From: an uncultured Pseudobdellovibrionaceae bacterium
GTDB lineage: Bacteria; Bdellovibrionota; FAC87; UBA2466
Length of the DNA: 64,000 nt
Reading direction: 5' to 3'
Assembly (NCBI GenBank): GCA_964604555.1
Contig: CAZRZK010000001.1
Span: 205,991 to 269,990, forward strand
The position numbers and the translations under genes are program-made. Of the stretch, positions 20,600-29,684 are shown piece after piece. Position 1 is the stretch's first letter. Every line of letters begins with the position of its first letter. The notes beneath the pieces are model-generated. The model made no database searches. It was not told where the DNA came from and was given only the letters and a program-made list of their open reading frames with translations.

Positions 20600-20819
20600 C
20601 TCGTTTTAATTTCTTAACAAGTTGTTCAAACGTGATTCCACTTTCATTTGCCCGTTCTTCAAATGCTTCTAAGTCCTCCGCATCTTCGCTCAAGTAGCGT
20701 TGAATCGCCTCAGCCACGATAGCCGAAACGGAACGTTCGGTATCTACTGCTTTCAGTTGGATGGCCTTGAATAACTTTGGCTCAAAATAGACGGTGGCTC
20801 TTTTTGATAAACCCTTCAT
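20586..20819 (-). CDS. Ribbon-helix-helix type II antitoxin (partner of RelE/ParE toxin)
   Basis: 77 aa; N-terminal RHH-like KRATVYFEPKLFKAIQLKAV; located immediately upstream of the toxin in the same orientation. Confidence 0.7.
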   Translation of the reverse strand: MKGLSKRATVYFEPKLFKAIQLKAVDTERSVSAIVAEAIQRYLSEDAEDLEAFEERANESGITFEQLVKKLKRDGKI

Positions 20820-21027
20820 ATAAGGTATTGTAGCGATTTAGCGTTAAAACGTCAAGGTGCTATGAATGAGGCTAGCCCCTAGAAGCGCTGCTCCGATTTG
20901 GATGCGCGACTAGTTAGAGGTCACACTCTCCATTGGTGCCGCTCCGAACATGATTGAACAGTGTAAAAGAATTAGGACTGGTGGCAAAACGGCCCTGCTT
21001 CGTTTCATGATTTAAGCCCTATTTCAC

Positions 21028-21043
21028 TGGCACCTGAGTTGCA
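21028..21043 (+). promoter_or_regulatory. Sigma-54 (RpoN) -24/-12 promoter TGGCAC-N5-TTGCA
   Basis: ctGGCACctgagTTGCAaat exact match to consensus spacing, about 48 nt upstream of ATG 21091. Confidence 0.6.
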
Positions 21044-21090
21044 AATATAGGGAAATTAGAGTGTCCATATGAGAACACCATGGAGGGAAG

Positions 21091-22665
21091 ATGATAAACT
21101 GGCTCTGTTTAATAGTGTTCAGTGTTTTCGCCTTAGCCGATGAAGCGCCGAATCCCAAAGAAGTTTACATCGAATCTTTCAGTCACAATGGTTCAGGTTG
21201 TCCGATTGGTTCGACCGCTTCCGTTCTTTCTGGGGATGCAAAAGCCCTTACCGTTTTATTTGATCGTTTTAGTGCGAGCACCGAATCGGGAAGTCGACGG
21301 GATTTTAAAGCCTGTTCCCTCGATGTGAAGTTGCATGTGCCTTCCGGTTGGTCCTTCGCCCTTTTTCAAACGCAAGTGCGGGGTTTTGCCAATATTGCGT
21401 CGACCAGCATCGGAACTCAGCGTTCTCGTTACACCTTTGGTGGTCAACGGCTTGCGGTTTTGGCAAAGCAGATCCCGGGCCCTTTTGCGGATGACTATAT
21501 CCATGAAGAGACGGCTCCCATCTCTTCACTTGTTTATTCTCCTTGTGGAGGAGAGCGGAGCTTGGGTGTGCTCACCAGTTTAGAATTAGACGGGCCGAAT
21601 TCTTTGATGACCGTTGATTCAACCAATGGCGAACTGGTTCAGAAATACCAGATGAACTGGAAACGTTGTACAGGAGCAGAGTCGATTGGTCCGGTGAATT
21701 TTACGCCGAACTTTTCCCAGGTGCGGGTGTTAGATGGAGATACGGGAAAAGATGTGGCCCGCATCCAAGCCTATGCGCCTGAGGTGAGGGGCGGAATGCA
21801 TGTGGCCGCTTGTGATCTGAATGGAGATGGCGTTTCCGATGTGGTGACCGGAACGGGAAAGGGAGCGCCTCCGCACGTCAGGGCCTTTGATGGGAATAAT
21901 GGTCAGGCATTAAATCATCCTTTGAGTAGTTTTTTTGCCTATGCCACCTCATTTATAGGTGGGGTGAATGTGGGGTGTGGAGATATCGACGGCGATGGAC
22001 GGCAAGATCTCATCACGGGAGCGGGTCCCGGAGCGGGATCGCATGTGATTGTCTGGAGTGGCAGAACCGGCGCTGCGATTCGAAGTTTCTTTGCCTATCC
22101 TAATTTTACTGGAGGAGTCACCGTCGCCTCTACCGATCTCAATCGAGATGGAGCGGCTGACATCATTACGGGAACGGGAGCAGGAGGCGGCCCCCACGTG
22201 AAAGTATTTGATGGTCGAACCGGTAATGAGATTCGGAGCTTCTTTGCTTTCGAGCCCAGTTTCAGTGGTGGGGTAAAAGTCGCGGGGGGAGACCTGAATC
22301 AGGATGGTTTCGGCGATATCATTGTGGGTGCAGGCCCTGGTGGTGGACCTCACGTAACCGCCTTTAGTGGAGCCACTCAACAAATATTACAAAGTTTCTT
22401 TGCTTACGACGTGAAGTTTACTGGGGGAGTCACTGTTGCGGTGGCTGATATGGACGGAGATGGAGTGAATGACATTGTGACGGCCGCCGGAAAAGGGGGC
22501 GGCCCTCATATTAAAGTGATCAATGGCATGACGGGACTCTCGCTCGAAGGGTGGAATGGATCCTTCTGGGCCTTCACTCCCACCTTTAGGTATGGAGTCG
22601 AGGTGGCGGCAGGTTCTCCTCGTCGGTTTTTCCTGGTGCCAGCGAGTGGAAGTGCTTATCGGTAG
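21091..22665 (+). CDS. Secreted protein with unknown N-terminal domain followed by seven FG-GAP-like repeats (beta-propeller)
   Basis: Signal peptide MINWLCLIVFSVFALA; seven roughly 47 aa repeats DxNxDGxxDxxxGxGxGGxPHVxxFxGxTG...SFFAY.. also visible as ~141 bp tandem repeats in DNA. Confidence 0.75.
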   Translation: MINWLCLIVFSVFALADEAPNPKEVYIESFSHNGSGCPIGSTASVLSGDAKALTVLFDRFSASTESGSRRDFKACSLDVKLHVPSGWSFALFQTQVRGFANIASTSIGTQRSRYTFGGQRLAVLAKQIPGPFADDYIHEETAPISSLVYSPCGGERSLGVLTSLELDGPNSLMTVDSTNGELVQKYQMNWKRCTGAESIGPVNFTPNFSQVRVLDGDTGKDVARIQAYAPEVRGGMHVAACDLNGDGVSDVVTGTGKGAPPHVRAFDGNNGQALNHPLSSFFAYATSFIGGVNVGCGDIDGDGRQDLITGAGPGAGSHVIVWSGRTGAAIRSFFAYPNFTGGVTVASTDLNRDGAADIITGTGAGGGPHVKVFDGRTGNEIRSFFAFEPSFSGGVKVAGGDLNQDGFGDIIVGAGPGGGPHVTAFSGATQQILQSFFAYDVKFTGGVTVAVADMDGDGVNDIVTAAGKGGGPHIKVINGMTGLSLEGWNGSFWAFTPTFRYGVEVAAGSPRRFFLVPASGSAYR

Positions 22666-22683
22666 AATCAGGCCCGCCACAAA

Positions 22684-22772
22684 ATTGTCATTGCGAGGAG
22701 CCGAAGGCGACGAAGCAATCGCGTTATTGAAGTTGAATTTACGCGATTGCTTCGTCGCCTTCGGCTCCTCGC
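22684..22772. repeat. Near-perfect palindromic REP-like element (38 bp arms, about 20 bp loop)
   Basis: attgtcattgcgaggagccgaaggcgacgaagcaatcgcg...cgcgattgcttcgtcgccttcggctcctcgcaattgtaa directly after the FG-GAP gene stop. Confidence 0.75.
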
Positions 22773-22780
22773 AATTGTAA

Positions 22781-23020
22781 ATGTTACGTAATTCGGTGAT
22801 GGAATTAGAAATTTAATGGGTTTAGCCCCGCCTAGAATATTCAGTAGAATTCAGGATGTTTGGCGGGGTTAGTCATTTTAAAATCTTCGAGAAACCTTTG
22901 TATCTTACTTATCAGAAGGCTATACACTTTTGTTCTATTGCGGGTAATGTAAATAACGGTGTTCGTTGCATAGAACAACACCCATTAAATTTCTAATTCC
23001 ATCACCGAATTAGGTAACAC
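22781..23020. mobile_element. MITE-like non-autonomous element: 30 bp perfect (about 40 bp imperfect) terminal inverted repeats enclosing about 160 bp with internal hairpins; no ORF
   Basis: attcggtgatggaattagaaatttaatggg at 22791..22820 and exact reverse complement cccattaaatttctaattccatcaccgaat at 22981..23010; flanks extend IR with 2 mismatches; abuts repeat at 22684..22772 and a repeat half-site at 23024..23040. Confidence 0.5.
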
Positions 23021-23063
23021 TTACAGCAATGACAATTTTGTGGCAGAGCAGATAAAAAAATCG

Positions 23064-23285
23064 TTAAGTTTTTTTCGATTTTTTATTTCTAAGAGAGTTC
23101 AGGAGTATAGTGGGCTCATCTTTCCGTTGATGATATGCTTCGAGATCGATGGCATCTTCTAAATGCTCAACCAGAGCTTTTTCAATCAAATATTGCAACT
23201 TGATGCCATGACGTTTGCAGTAGGCGGAAGCGGCTTGTTTGACATCGGCATCTATGATAGTCGAAAGGCTAACCGATCTTTTCAT
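23064..23285 (-). CDS. Orphan ribbon-helix-helix antitoxin-like protein (paralog of 20586..20819 family; cognate toxin missing)
   Basis: 73 aa; shares C-terminal E-D-x-x-DLEA-x-x-x-R motif with the antitoxin at 20586..20819; downstream position where a toxin is expected is occupied by the MITE-like element. Confidence 0.55.
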   Translation of the reverse strand: MKRSVSLSTIIDADVKQAASAYCKRHGIKLQYLIEKALVEHLEDAIDLEAYHQRKDEPTILLNSLRNKKSKKT

Positions 23286-23330
23286 TGGATATGCCCATTT
23301 TTACAGAAAAACCATGAAAAATAAATATTT

Positions 23331-24959
23331 TTGCAGAGGGAGCGGGTGGGTATGCCTATTCTAGGTTTATTCACGATATTAGTGCTGCTTTCATTCTGGA
23401 TCGCCCCCTGGGGAAACTTCCCCTTAAATGATGATTGGCAATACAGTCTGATTGCCCATCTCCTAGCGGTCGATGGGAAAGTGCGCTTGATCCTGCCGGT
23501 CGCTCCGTCGTTAGTGCTGCAATCCTATCTTGGGAGTTGGGTGATTCAGGGGTTTGGTTTCAATCACCTCTATTTGCGATTGCTCACCTTATTGATCTCG
23601 GCCATTTGGCTTGTCGCCATCGATTGGATTCTACGGGAGTTGCAAGTCGCTCCCCTTTTCAGATTTTTGGCAGGACTGTTGGTCATTCTTAACCCACTCT
23701 TTGTCCATGTTGCTTTAAGTTTTATGACGGAACCGTATGGTTTTGCTTTTGCGACCTTAGGGGTGGCCTTTTGGTTTTATGGACGTCGTTCTTCCCATTC
23801 CTGGATCTTCTACAATATAGGGGCGATTTTATTGGGCTTGTCCTTTTGGGTTCGGCAATTGTGCGCGCTCTATTTTCCAGCGCTGATTTTTGCGGAGGCG
23901 GTTTTGGCTTGGCAAGAAAAGCAGTTTTGGAAAAGAGCGGTCCAGTGGGTCCTTCCGAGTCTCTTGTTTACTCTCCTTGTGGTTGGGTTTGCGGTTTGGG
24001 TCCGTCAGACCAAGAATTTAACGGTCGCCTTTGAAGGGAATCTGGTGGCCCTGTTGATTCCCAATGTTGGGAATTTTATTTTACAGGGTTTTGTATTCCT
24101 GGTTTATGGAGCCTTCTTTTTCTCTCCTTGGCTGGTGCAATGGAAAGTTCCCTTCCAAGAAAAAAAATACCGATGGGTGTTGGGTCTGCTTTTCGCCATT
24201 GCGATTGGGGTCTATATCGGCTCCACAAAAAGGTATCCGATGAAGGCCAATCTCCATGCGGTCTTTCCTTTTTTGGGAAATGTGATGAACCCTTCCGGAT
24301 TGGGGCCGATTACCCTGACCGATCGATATACTAATGATTATCCTACCCAGCTTCCCCATTTTACGCCCATATGGATATTGATTGAATGTCTTCTGATAAT
24401 CGTTGCCCTCAATTGGAAAAGGGTTCTGCCCGCAAAAAAACACTTTGATTTTGTTTCTCTTTTTGCTCTGGGTGCCATCGGCATTCAGTTCCTGATTATC
24501 ACTCAAGCCTTTCAGCAGGGGATTATCGATCGTTATTTGATGGGGTTTATATTACCCGCGCTTTTGCTCCTGGCCCGAATATCCCATTCCCTTCATTTTT
24601 CCTGGAAAAAGGCTGCCTTTCCGGTAATTTTTTTGGCGCTCTATTCCTGGGGTGGAGAATATGACTATTTCCGGTGGAATGAAGTCCGCTGGCAGCTGGT
24701 TTCACTGGCACAATCCCAATCGATTCCCATGGATCAGCTGGATGGGGGATTTGAGGTGAATGGCTCCCTCCATTTTCAAGACATCCACGCCGATCCCTAT
24801 TCTGATCCCCTTTGCGGCCCGCAGAAAAGTTGGTTCTGCGGAGATCTGAAATATGGCATTGGCTGGGAACCCCTTTCCAGTCGGGTAATTCTAGAATCCC
24901 GCAAGGTGAACTCTCTCTGGGTCAACTACCCCGAGATTTTTCTCTATTCACAAAGGTAA
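23331..24959 (+). CDS. Polytopic inner-membrane protein, GT-C-like (ArnT/PMT-like) glycosyltransferase fold candidate
   Basis: 542 aa, at least 11 predicted TM helices, extracytoplasmic loop motif near N-terminus (NDDWQY); weak resemblance only. Confidence 0.4.
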   Translation: MQRERVGMPILGLFTILVLLSFWIAPWGNFPLNDDWQYSLIAHLLAVDGKVRLILPVAPSLVLQSYLGSWVIQGFGFNHLYLRLLTLLISAIWLVAIDWILRELQVAPLFRFLAGLLVILNPLFVHVALSFMTEPYGFAFATLGVAFWFYGRRSSHSWIFYNIGAILLGLSFWVRQLCALYFPALIFAEAVLAWQEKQFWKRAVQWVLPSLLFTLLVVGFAVWVRQTKNLTVAFEGNLVALLIPNVGNFILQGFVFLVYGAFFFSPWLVQWKVPFQEKKYRWVLGLLFAIAIGVYIGSTKRYPMKANLHAVFPFLGNVMNPSGLGPITLTDRYTNDYPTQLPHFTPIWILIECLLIIVALNWKRVLPAKKHFDFVSLFALGAIGIQFLIITQAFQQGIIDRYLMGFILPALLLLARISHSLHFSWKKAAFPVIFLALYSWGGEYDYFRWNEVRWQLVSLAQSQSIPMDQLDGGFEVNGSLHFQDIHADPYSDPLCGPQKSWFCGDLKYGIGWEPLSSRVILESRKVNSLWVNYPEIFLYSQR

Positions 24960-26636
24960 ATTGCCCCTCTTTGCGATCGCTTCAAGAAGTCCGGGCAGAG
25001 TGAATGTTTTGCGAGGGGTGGAGAGCTGTTTCTTGAGCTCGGTGATCACCTTCTCGTCAGTATTGATCTTTCTTGCCCAGGACAAAAAATCGATGTAGCC
25101 AGGCAGTTCGCCGAATTCATTTTTGAATGATTGGGTGAGTTGTTGCGGAGTAAAGTAACTGCGATCATGGTGGCACATCAGGCACATGTCGGCATGGGCG
25201 TGAGTGGTGATTCCTTTACCGGGCTGTTTTTCTTCGATCGTAAAATAGATCCCTGGAAAGAGGGTCTTTACTTTTCCTGTATCCATATGAATTTCATAGG
25301 AGAGGCCGATAAAACCACGTCCCATATGATCCAACTCTTTTACTTCCACTCGCACTCGCATGGCATCTTGCTGCGAGATTGGCTGGAATCGAATCATTCC
25401 ATTTTTTAAAGAGGCAAGATCCAACTCGAAGAAAAAGATAATGGAGATCAATCGAGATTGGACTTTTGAAAGCCAAACCACCCGCAATCCGGCGGCATCA
25501 TCTTGACTCGTCTCATATTTTCCTTGATGCCGTTCCTTGGGATCGGTAAAGGTCTGGTAACTGACGACGGCTAGGGGATCTTTGAGAGCATAGAAAAGGG
25601 CCGGGAGGATTTCCTTTTCCAATCCCTCTTGGAATTTTTGGAAAGATTGCACCGCTTGGGGCCATTCCCGTTCCCTGAATTTTTTAAACTCATTCCAGGA
25701 ATCGGCCTCACGTTCTTTATATTGCTTCCAGGAGATCTCTTTTCCGGGAGTGTATTGGAATGAAGAGGTAGGCAAAGTGGGGTCCTGCTTTTTCCAGGCT
25801 ATTTCACCTCCGAAGGTCAGATCCAGGGGAATGGCCATTTCTTCGTCCGATTCTTTGAATTGCACCCAGACTCGATAGTTCCCCTCCTTACTTACCTCAA
25901 GTGGGGCCTGAAGGAGCTGGATTCCCTTCTCTTTCCAGAGTTTTTCGGCCTCTTCGCGCGTCTTTTTTGAAAGGGTGTGGGCATGTCCACCGGGATGGAG
26001 GATATCCATCGCATGGGCATGTTCAAAAATTCGGCCATCTTGAGAGATCAAAATAATGTGGGCCGGTTCTCCGAGAAGGGGCTGGAGTTGAAATGCTTTT
26101 TTATCTAGGCGTTGTAATTCGATGGTAGTGGGGTTGGCCCAACCTGCTATGAGTGAGGCATCGATTCTAATTTTAGCCTCTCTTTGAAGGACGCTTCCTC
26201 TTTTCGACTCCTGAAAGGGTTTTATTTTTACCCCCGGTTTTCCCTCTTCAACAGTGATGAGTGCATTCGCCGCAAAAGTAGTTTGGGTCTCTTTGAGAGT
26301 GCCTTGAACCCAAAGATAATAGTTTCCTTTCGATTCGAGGGTGATGGGCAGAGTCCAATTTCCCTTTTCATCGCATGTAGGATGGAGATGTTGAAAAATC
26401 TCTAACGAAGTGTCGAATAAAAAAGCGTGGAGTTTGTACTGGTGAACTTTTTCAAGTTTTTCCAGGGGGACGATCTCTTCGTCTATTTTGTTTATCAGTT
26501 TAAAGGAGAGTTGCGCGGGGGCCGATTTGATCTTCCGTCCTTTTGGGAAGAAAAACTCAACCGGGGATTCCCCCTCCACGTGGGCAAAGAGAACGATTGG
26601 AAAGAGAATGAGATTAAGGATCCACAGCTTCAGCAC
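24948..26636 (-). CDS. Secreted protein with two tandem His-rich modules and a C-terminal CxxCH motif (last gene of six-gene operon)
   Basis: Signal peptide; repeated HxH...HP...GNY(Y/R)(L/V)WVQ pattern twice; HAHADMCLMCHHDRSYF contains CLMCH heme-c-type motif. Confidence 0.5.
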   Translation of the reverse strand: MLKLWILNLILFPIVLFAHVEGESPVEFFFPKGRKIKSAPAQLSFKLINKIDEEIVPLEKLEKVHQYKLHAFLFDTSLEIFQHLHPTCDEKGNWTLPITLESKGNYYLWVQGTLKETQTTFAANALITVEEGKPGVKIKPFQESKRGSVLQREAKIRIDASLIAGWANPTTIELQRLDKKAFQLQPLLGEPAHIILISQDGRIFEHAHAMDILHPGGHAHTLSKKTREEAEKLWKEKGIQLLQAPLEVSKEGNYRVWVQFKESDEEMAIPLDLTFGGEIAWKKQDPTLPTSSFQYTPGKEISWKQYKEREADSWNEFKKFREREWPQAVQSFQKFQEGLEKEILPALFYALKDPLAVVSYQTFTDPKERHQGKYETSQDDAAGLRVVWLSKVQSRLISIIFFFELDLASLKNGMIRFQPISQQDAMRVRVEVKELDHMGRGFIGLSYEIHMDTGKVKTLFPGIYFTIEEKQPGKGITTHAHADMCLMCHHDRSYFTPQQLTQSFKNEFGELPGYIDFLSWARKINTDEKVITELKKQLSTPRKTFTLPGLLEAIAKRGNLPL

Positions 26637-27258
26637 TTAACACCTTCCCCGATGTCGCCTCTAGTTTGATGCGAATCAATTTGGTTTCTTTGTTGGATCG
26701 AATATCTACTACTGCCGTTGTTGTCTTATCTTGGCTCTCTTTTTTCAGGGTGGCACTGTGAAAATCATTTTTATATGGAAGAAAACTCTCTTTTTTATCC
26801 CGATTATCGATAATCACGTGCAGCGCCTGTCGGGTAAGCGCAGAGGCATGCCAGCGTTTATTGGGCCAAGTCGGGGCTTCTCTCTTTTCATTTTTAATGT
26901 CAGAAACCACTCCTTTGTCATCTTTATCATCGTAAACCGGTTCCCCGGTATTTTTTAAAAGGACGGTCAATGTATTGGGTTGTTCCTTATCAGCCACAAA
27001 GGTGGAAAGGACATATTTGTATCCCACCCCAGCCTTTTTCTCCTCTTCGGCTGGATTGAGCCGCACCAACTTTTGGAACCCGGTCTTATAAAAAGCTTTA
27101 ATCTCTCCCACAATCGAAAGCTTTTCCATCAGGTGTAGCGCAAAGTCGGCTGCCTGATCGGAAGTGGCCGGAGACCCATCAGGCGCACGGGTATCGGGAT
27201 TCTCTTCGGAATAGAGGAGCCCTGAAAAAAGAAACAGGGCCAAAAGAAGTGGCTTCAT
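26614..27258 (-). CDS. Hypothetical secreted protein (operon member)
   Basis: Signal peptide MKPLLLALFLFSGLLYS; start overlaps upstream gene stop (ATGA). Confidence 0.45.
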   Translation of the reverse strand: MKPLLLALFLFSGLLYSEENPDTRAPDGSPATSDQAADFALHLMEKLSIVGEIKAFYKTGFQKLVRLNPAEEEKKAGVGYKYVLSTFVADKEQPNTLTVLLKNTGEPVYDDKDDKGVVSDIKNEKREAPTWPNKRWHASALTRQALHVIIDNRDKKESFLPYKNDFHSATLKKESQDKTTTAVVDIRSNKETKLIRIKLEATSGKVLSAEAVDP

Positions 27259-27647
27259 TCGGTTGCTCCTACCGGGAAGATGGGAATATCCTTGAGATCC
27301 ACTTTTCCGGAATCGATTTTCTGTTGGATGATATCCCGCAATGCCTCAGTGCCTTTCACCCTTGCTTTGCTAGTTTTTGCATAGGCGGCAGCTACCACCT
27401 CTTCACGTTGTGCTAATTGCAAGGCTTCCAGCGATCCCGATCCCCTTTGGTAAAGGTCCTCAGCTCTTTTTCGAATTTTAACTAAAATTTCATGGCTTTT
27501 TTCCCATCGCTCTTGGTTGGCTATAGCCACCTCTACTTGCGCTTTGTAGAGTTTAATGAAGGGATTATCTTCATCGGCACGCATTTTTTGGTGGGGAATG
27601 AGAATTCCTGCAGCTAAGAATAAAGCAATGATGGCCGCCTTTTTCAC
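27255..27647 (-). CDS. Hypothetical secreted helical protein (operon member)
   Basis: Signal peptide MKKAAIIALFLAAGILIP; coiled-coil-like; ATGA overlap both sides. Confidence 0.45.
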   Translation of the reverse strand: MKKAAIIALFLAAGILIPHQKMRADEDNPFIKLYKAQVEVAIANQERWEKSHEILVKIRKRAEDLYQRGSGSLEALQLAQREEVVAAAYAKTSKARVKGTEALRDIIQQKIDSGKVDLKDIPIFPVGATE

Positions 27648-28702
27648 TTTTTCTCCTTTAGCCTAGGTTTCAATTCTTCCAATGGGCAATTACTAGAGAA
27701 ATAATGCTGCATTGGATTTAAAATCAGGTTATGCGTAAAAAACCTTCCTTGATGAATGAGCTCGTCTCCGTCTGGGACCTCTTCGGCCGATAAAAGATCG
27801 GAAAGAATGTCATGCAGCAGATGGAGATTATCGAACACCACCGCAATCCGAGCGAAAAGCAGGGGATCCTTTTCGCTTCCCTTATAATAAGTAAATTTTC
27901 TGGCCGAGCTTTTCATTACCGGCATGCCGATTGCAAAATTAAGGCGACGAGGCAAGTTTTGAACTTTCTTTTCAAATTCCTTCACCACCGATTTTACTTG
28001 AGTAACTTTCATTTCCTTGCTTTCGGCAATCAGGGCGTCATAAAGCGCCATCTGGAACCAATGGTAGGTCCAGATGAGATCATTCATGAATGGAAATGTC
28101 TCGCTGAAAGTTTTAGAGAAGGTCACTCCTTCCGTTTTTAAATATTTATCTGAAGTGTCGATCTGAGGAATGAATTTGAGATCATCCATCATTGTCATGG
28201 AAAGGCATTTATCGGTAATCACGTAGAGGGGGTATTGCTTCTTATATTCTGTGAAAATGGCTTCGGCGCGCTCAATCATCTGTTTCGGTTCGGTGTGGGT
28301 CGCCATCACGTCATATAAGAATTGGTGGAGGTAGTGGGACCAATCGAAAACATTCACCGTCTTGCTAAAAAGACGGGAATAGTGGGGAGCGATGTCCTCC
28401 TCGAAGGATTTCGTGGCAAAATGGCGATTCAGTAATTTTTGGATATCGATCACTAATTCTTTATCAAGGGCTAAAAGCTGTTCCTTAGAGTATTTCTTCT
28501 TACTCTCTTTAATCTGAAGGAGTCGGGAGTAAAGCAGAGCATGGCCATGATCAAAGGCGAAAAGGTAGCTTTGCGCTTTTTGAAACTCCTCATCATTTGA
28601 GAGTTTGGAGAAGGAGTAGCGTTCAGGAGGCATCCCTTCCCAGATCACCCCCGCCTGTGCAAGCGAAGTCCAAATGACCAGGGATGAGATGAGCAATCTC
28701 AT
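27644..28702 (-). CDS. Hypothetical secreted protein (operon member)
   Basis: Signal peptide MRLLISSLVIWTSLAQA; 352 aa; ATGA overlaps. Confidence 0.45.
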   Translation of the reverse strand: MRLLISSLVIWTSLAQAGVIWEGMPPERYSFSKLSNDEEFQKAQSYLFAFDHGHALLYSRLLQIKESKKKYSKEQLLALDKELVIDIQKLLNRHFATKSFEEDIAPHYSRLFSKTVNVFDWSHYLHQFLYDVMATHTEPKQMIERAEAIFTEYKKQYPLYVITDKCLSMTMMDDLKFIPQIDTSDKYLKTEGVTFSKTFSETFPFMNDLIWTYHWFQMALYDALIAESKEMKVTQVKSVVKEFEKKVQNLPRRLNFAIGMPVMKSSARKFTYYKGSEKDPLLFARIAVVFDNLHLLHDILSDLLSAEEVPDGDELIHQGRFFTHNLILNPMQHYFSSNCPLEELKPRLKEKK

Positions 28703-29349
28703 TTCAAATCTCCATGCGGATGGTAAGAGAGTGCATAGGTATTGTGGATCCAGCGAAATTGGGGAAGGATCGGAGTTTTTGAAGCTAGATCCCGGATCTG
28801 GAATTCAAGAAAGGTCTCCCAGAGGTCATCTGAAACCGTGTAGTTCAGTGGATTAGTGTTAAATGGCCCCTTACATTCCGGATCATTAGCTCCCAGTTTT
28901 ACCATCAATCGGAAACGAGGGTAGAGAGCCGGTTTGGTCTTGTGAACATCCAAATTATCCTGTCCATCCACAAAGACGCAATCGAGGGGAACTTTCGACG
29001 AAGTTTCTCCTTTGACTTGAATATAGGAACCACTCTCATGAAGCAAAACCTTATCGGTCCATATGCGAACATTCGCCGTCAGAGGGGTGGCCATCTTAAA
29101 GAACTTTAGATTCTTTAAGGCCTCTTCGGTCCATTTGATCTCATATTCTACCTCAACCGGTTTCATTCCCGGCGGAATCCAGCGAAATTTTTTATGGGTC
29201 GGAAGGTTGGCAGTGATTCGACGATAAAATTCCTCTTTAGGCCGTTCCTTTGGGTTGGAAACGATCTCCTCATTGGGAAGCTCTATTGGGATGTAACGGT
29301 CTTCAGTGAAACCCTGAACTGAGAAAAATAGGAGGAAAAAGAGGCTCAT
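28699..29349 (-). CDS. Hypothetical secreted protein (operon member)
   Basis: Signal-like N-terminus MSLFFLLFFSVQGF; ATGA overlaps. Confidence 0.45.
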   Translation of the reverse strand: MSLFFLLFFSVQGFTEDRYIPIELPNEEIVSNPKERPKEEFYRRITANLPTHKKFRWIPPGMKPVEVEYEIKWTEEALKNLKFFKMATPLTANVRIWTDKVLLHESGSYIQVKGETSSKVPLDCVFVDGQDNLDVHKTKPALYPRFRLMVKLGANDPECKGPFNTNPLNYTVSDDLWETFLEFQIRDLASKTPILPQFRWIHNTYALSYHPHGDLK

Positions 29350-29684
29350 TCTTTGTTTGCTCCTTCTTTAATCCAATCGTAAATGGTCTGTTTGTCCCGA
29401 TCGGAAATCGGATCATAGCGCTTGTCCCTAGGGGGCATGGGATCATCCTCATCGATCAGTTTTAAATAGAGGGTGCTGTCTTTGGGTTTACCCGGTTTTA
29501 CCATCCCCAGTTTTTTGCTGAGGAGGGTTTCGTAATCCTTTAAAGGGCGTAATTTGGCCTCCCCTTTTTCGGAATGGCAGTCAAAGCACTGGTATTTGAT
29601 AAAAAGTTTCTGGATATCAGAAAAATTGGGTGCTGCCACAACTAATGGGCAAGCAAGCCCAAACCAAACCATCAAGCCCCGCAT
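29346..29684 (-). CDS. Small secreted c-type cytochrome domain protein (PSCyt1-like: CxxCH ... MPP ... WI..GA)
   Basis: Signal peptide; CFDCH heme-binding motif, followed by LRPLKDYETLL...KPGKPKDSTLYLKLIDEDDPMPP...IYDWIKEGA matching the planctomycete-type cytochrome c module; first gene of operon. Confidence 0.6.
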   Translation of the reverse strand: MRGLMVWFGLACPLVVAAPNFSDIQKLFIKYQCFDCHSEKGEAKLRPLKDYETLLSKKLGMVKPGKPKDSTLYLKLIDEDDPMPPRDKRYDPISDRDKQTIYDWIKEGANKE

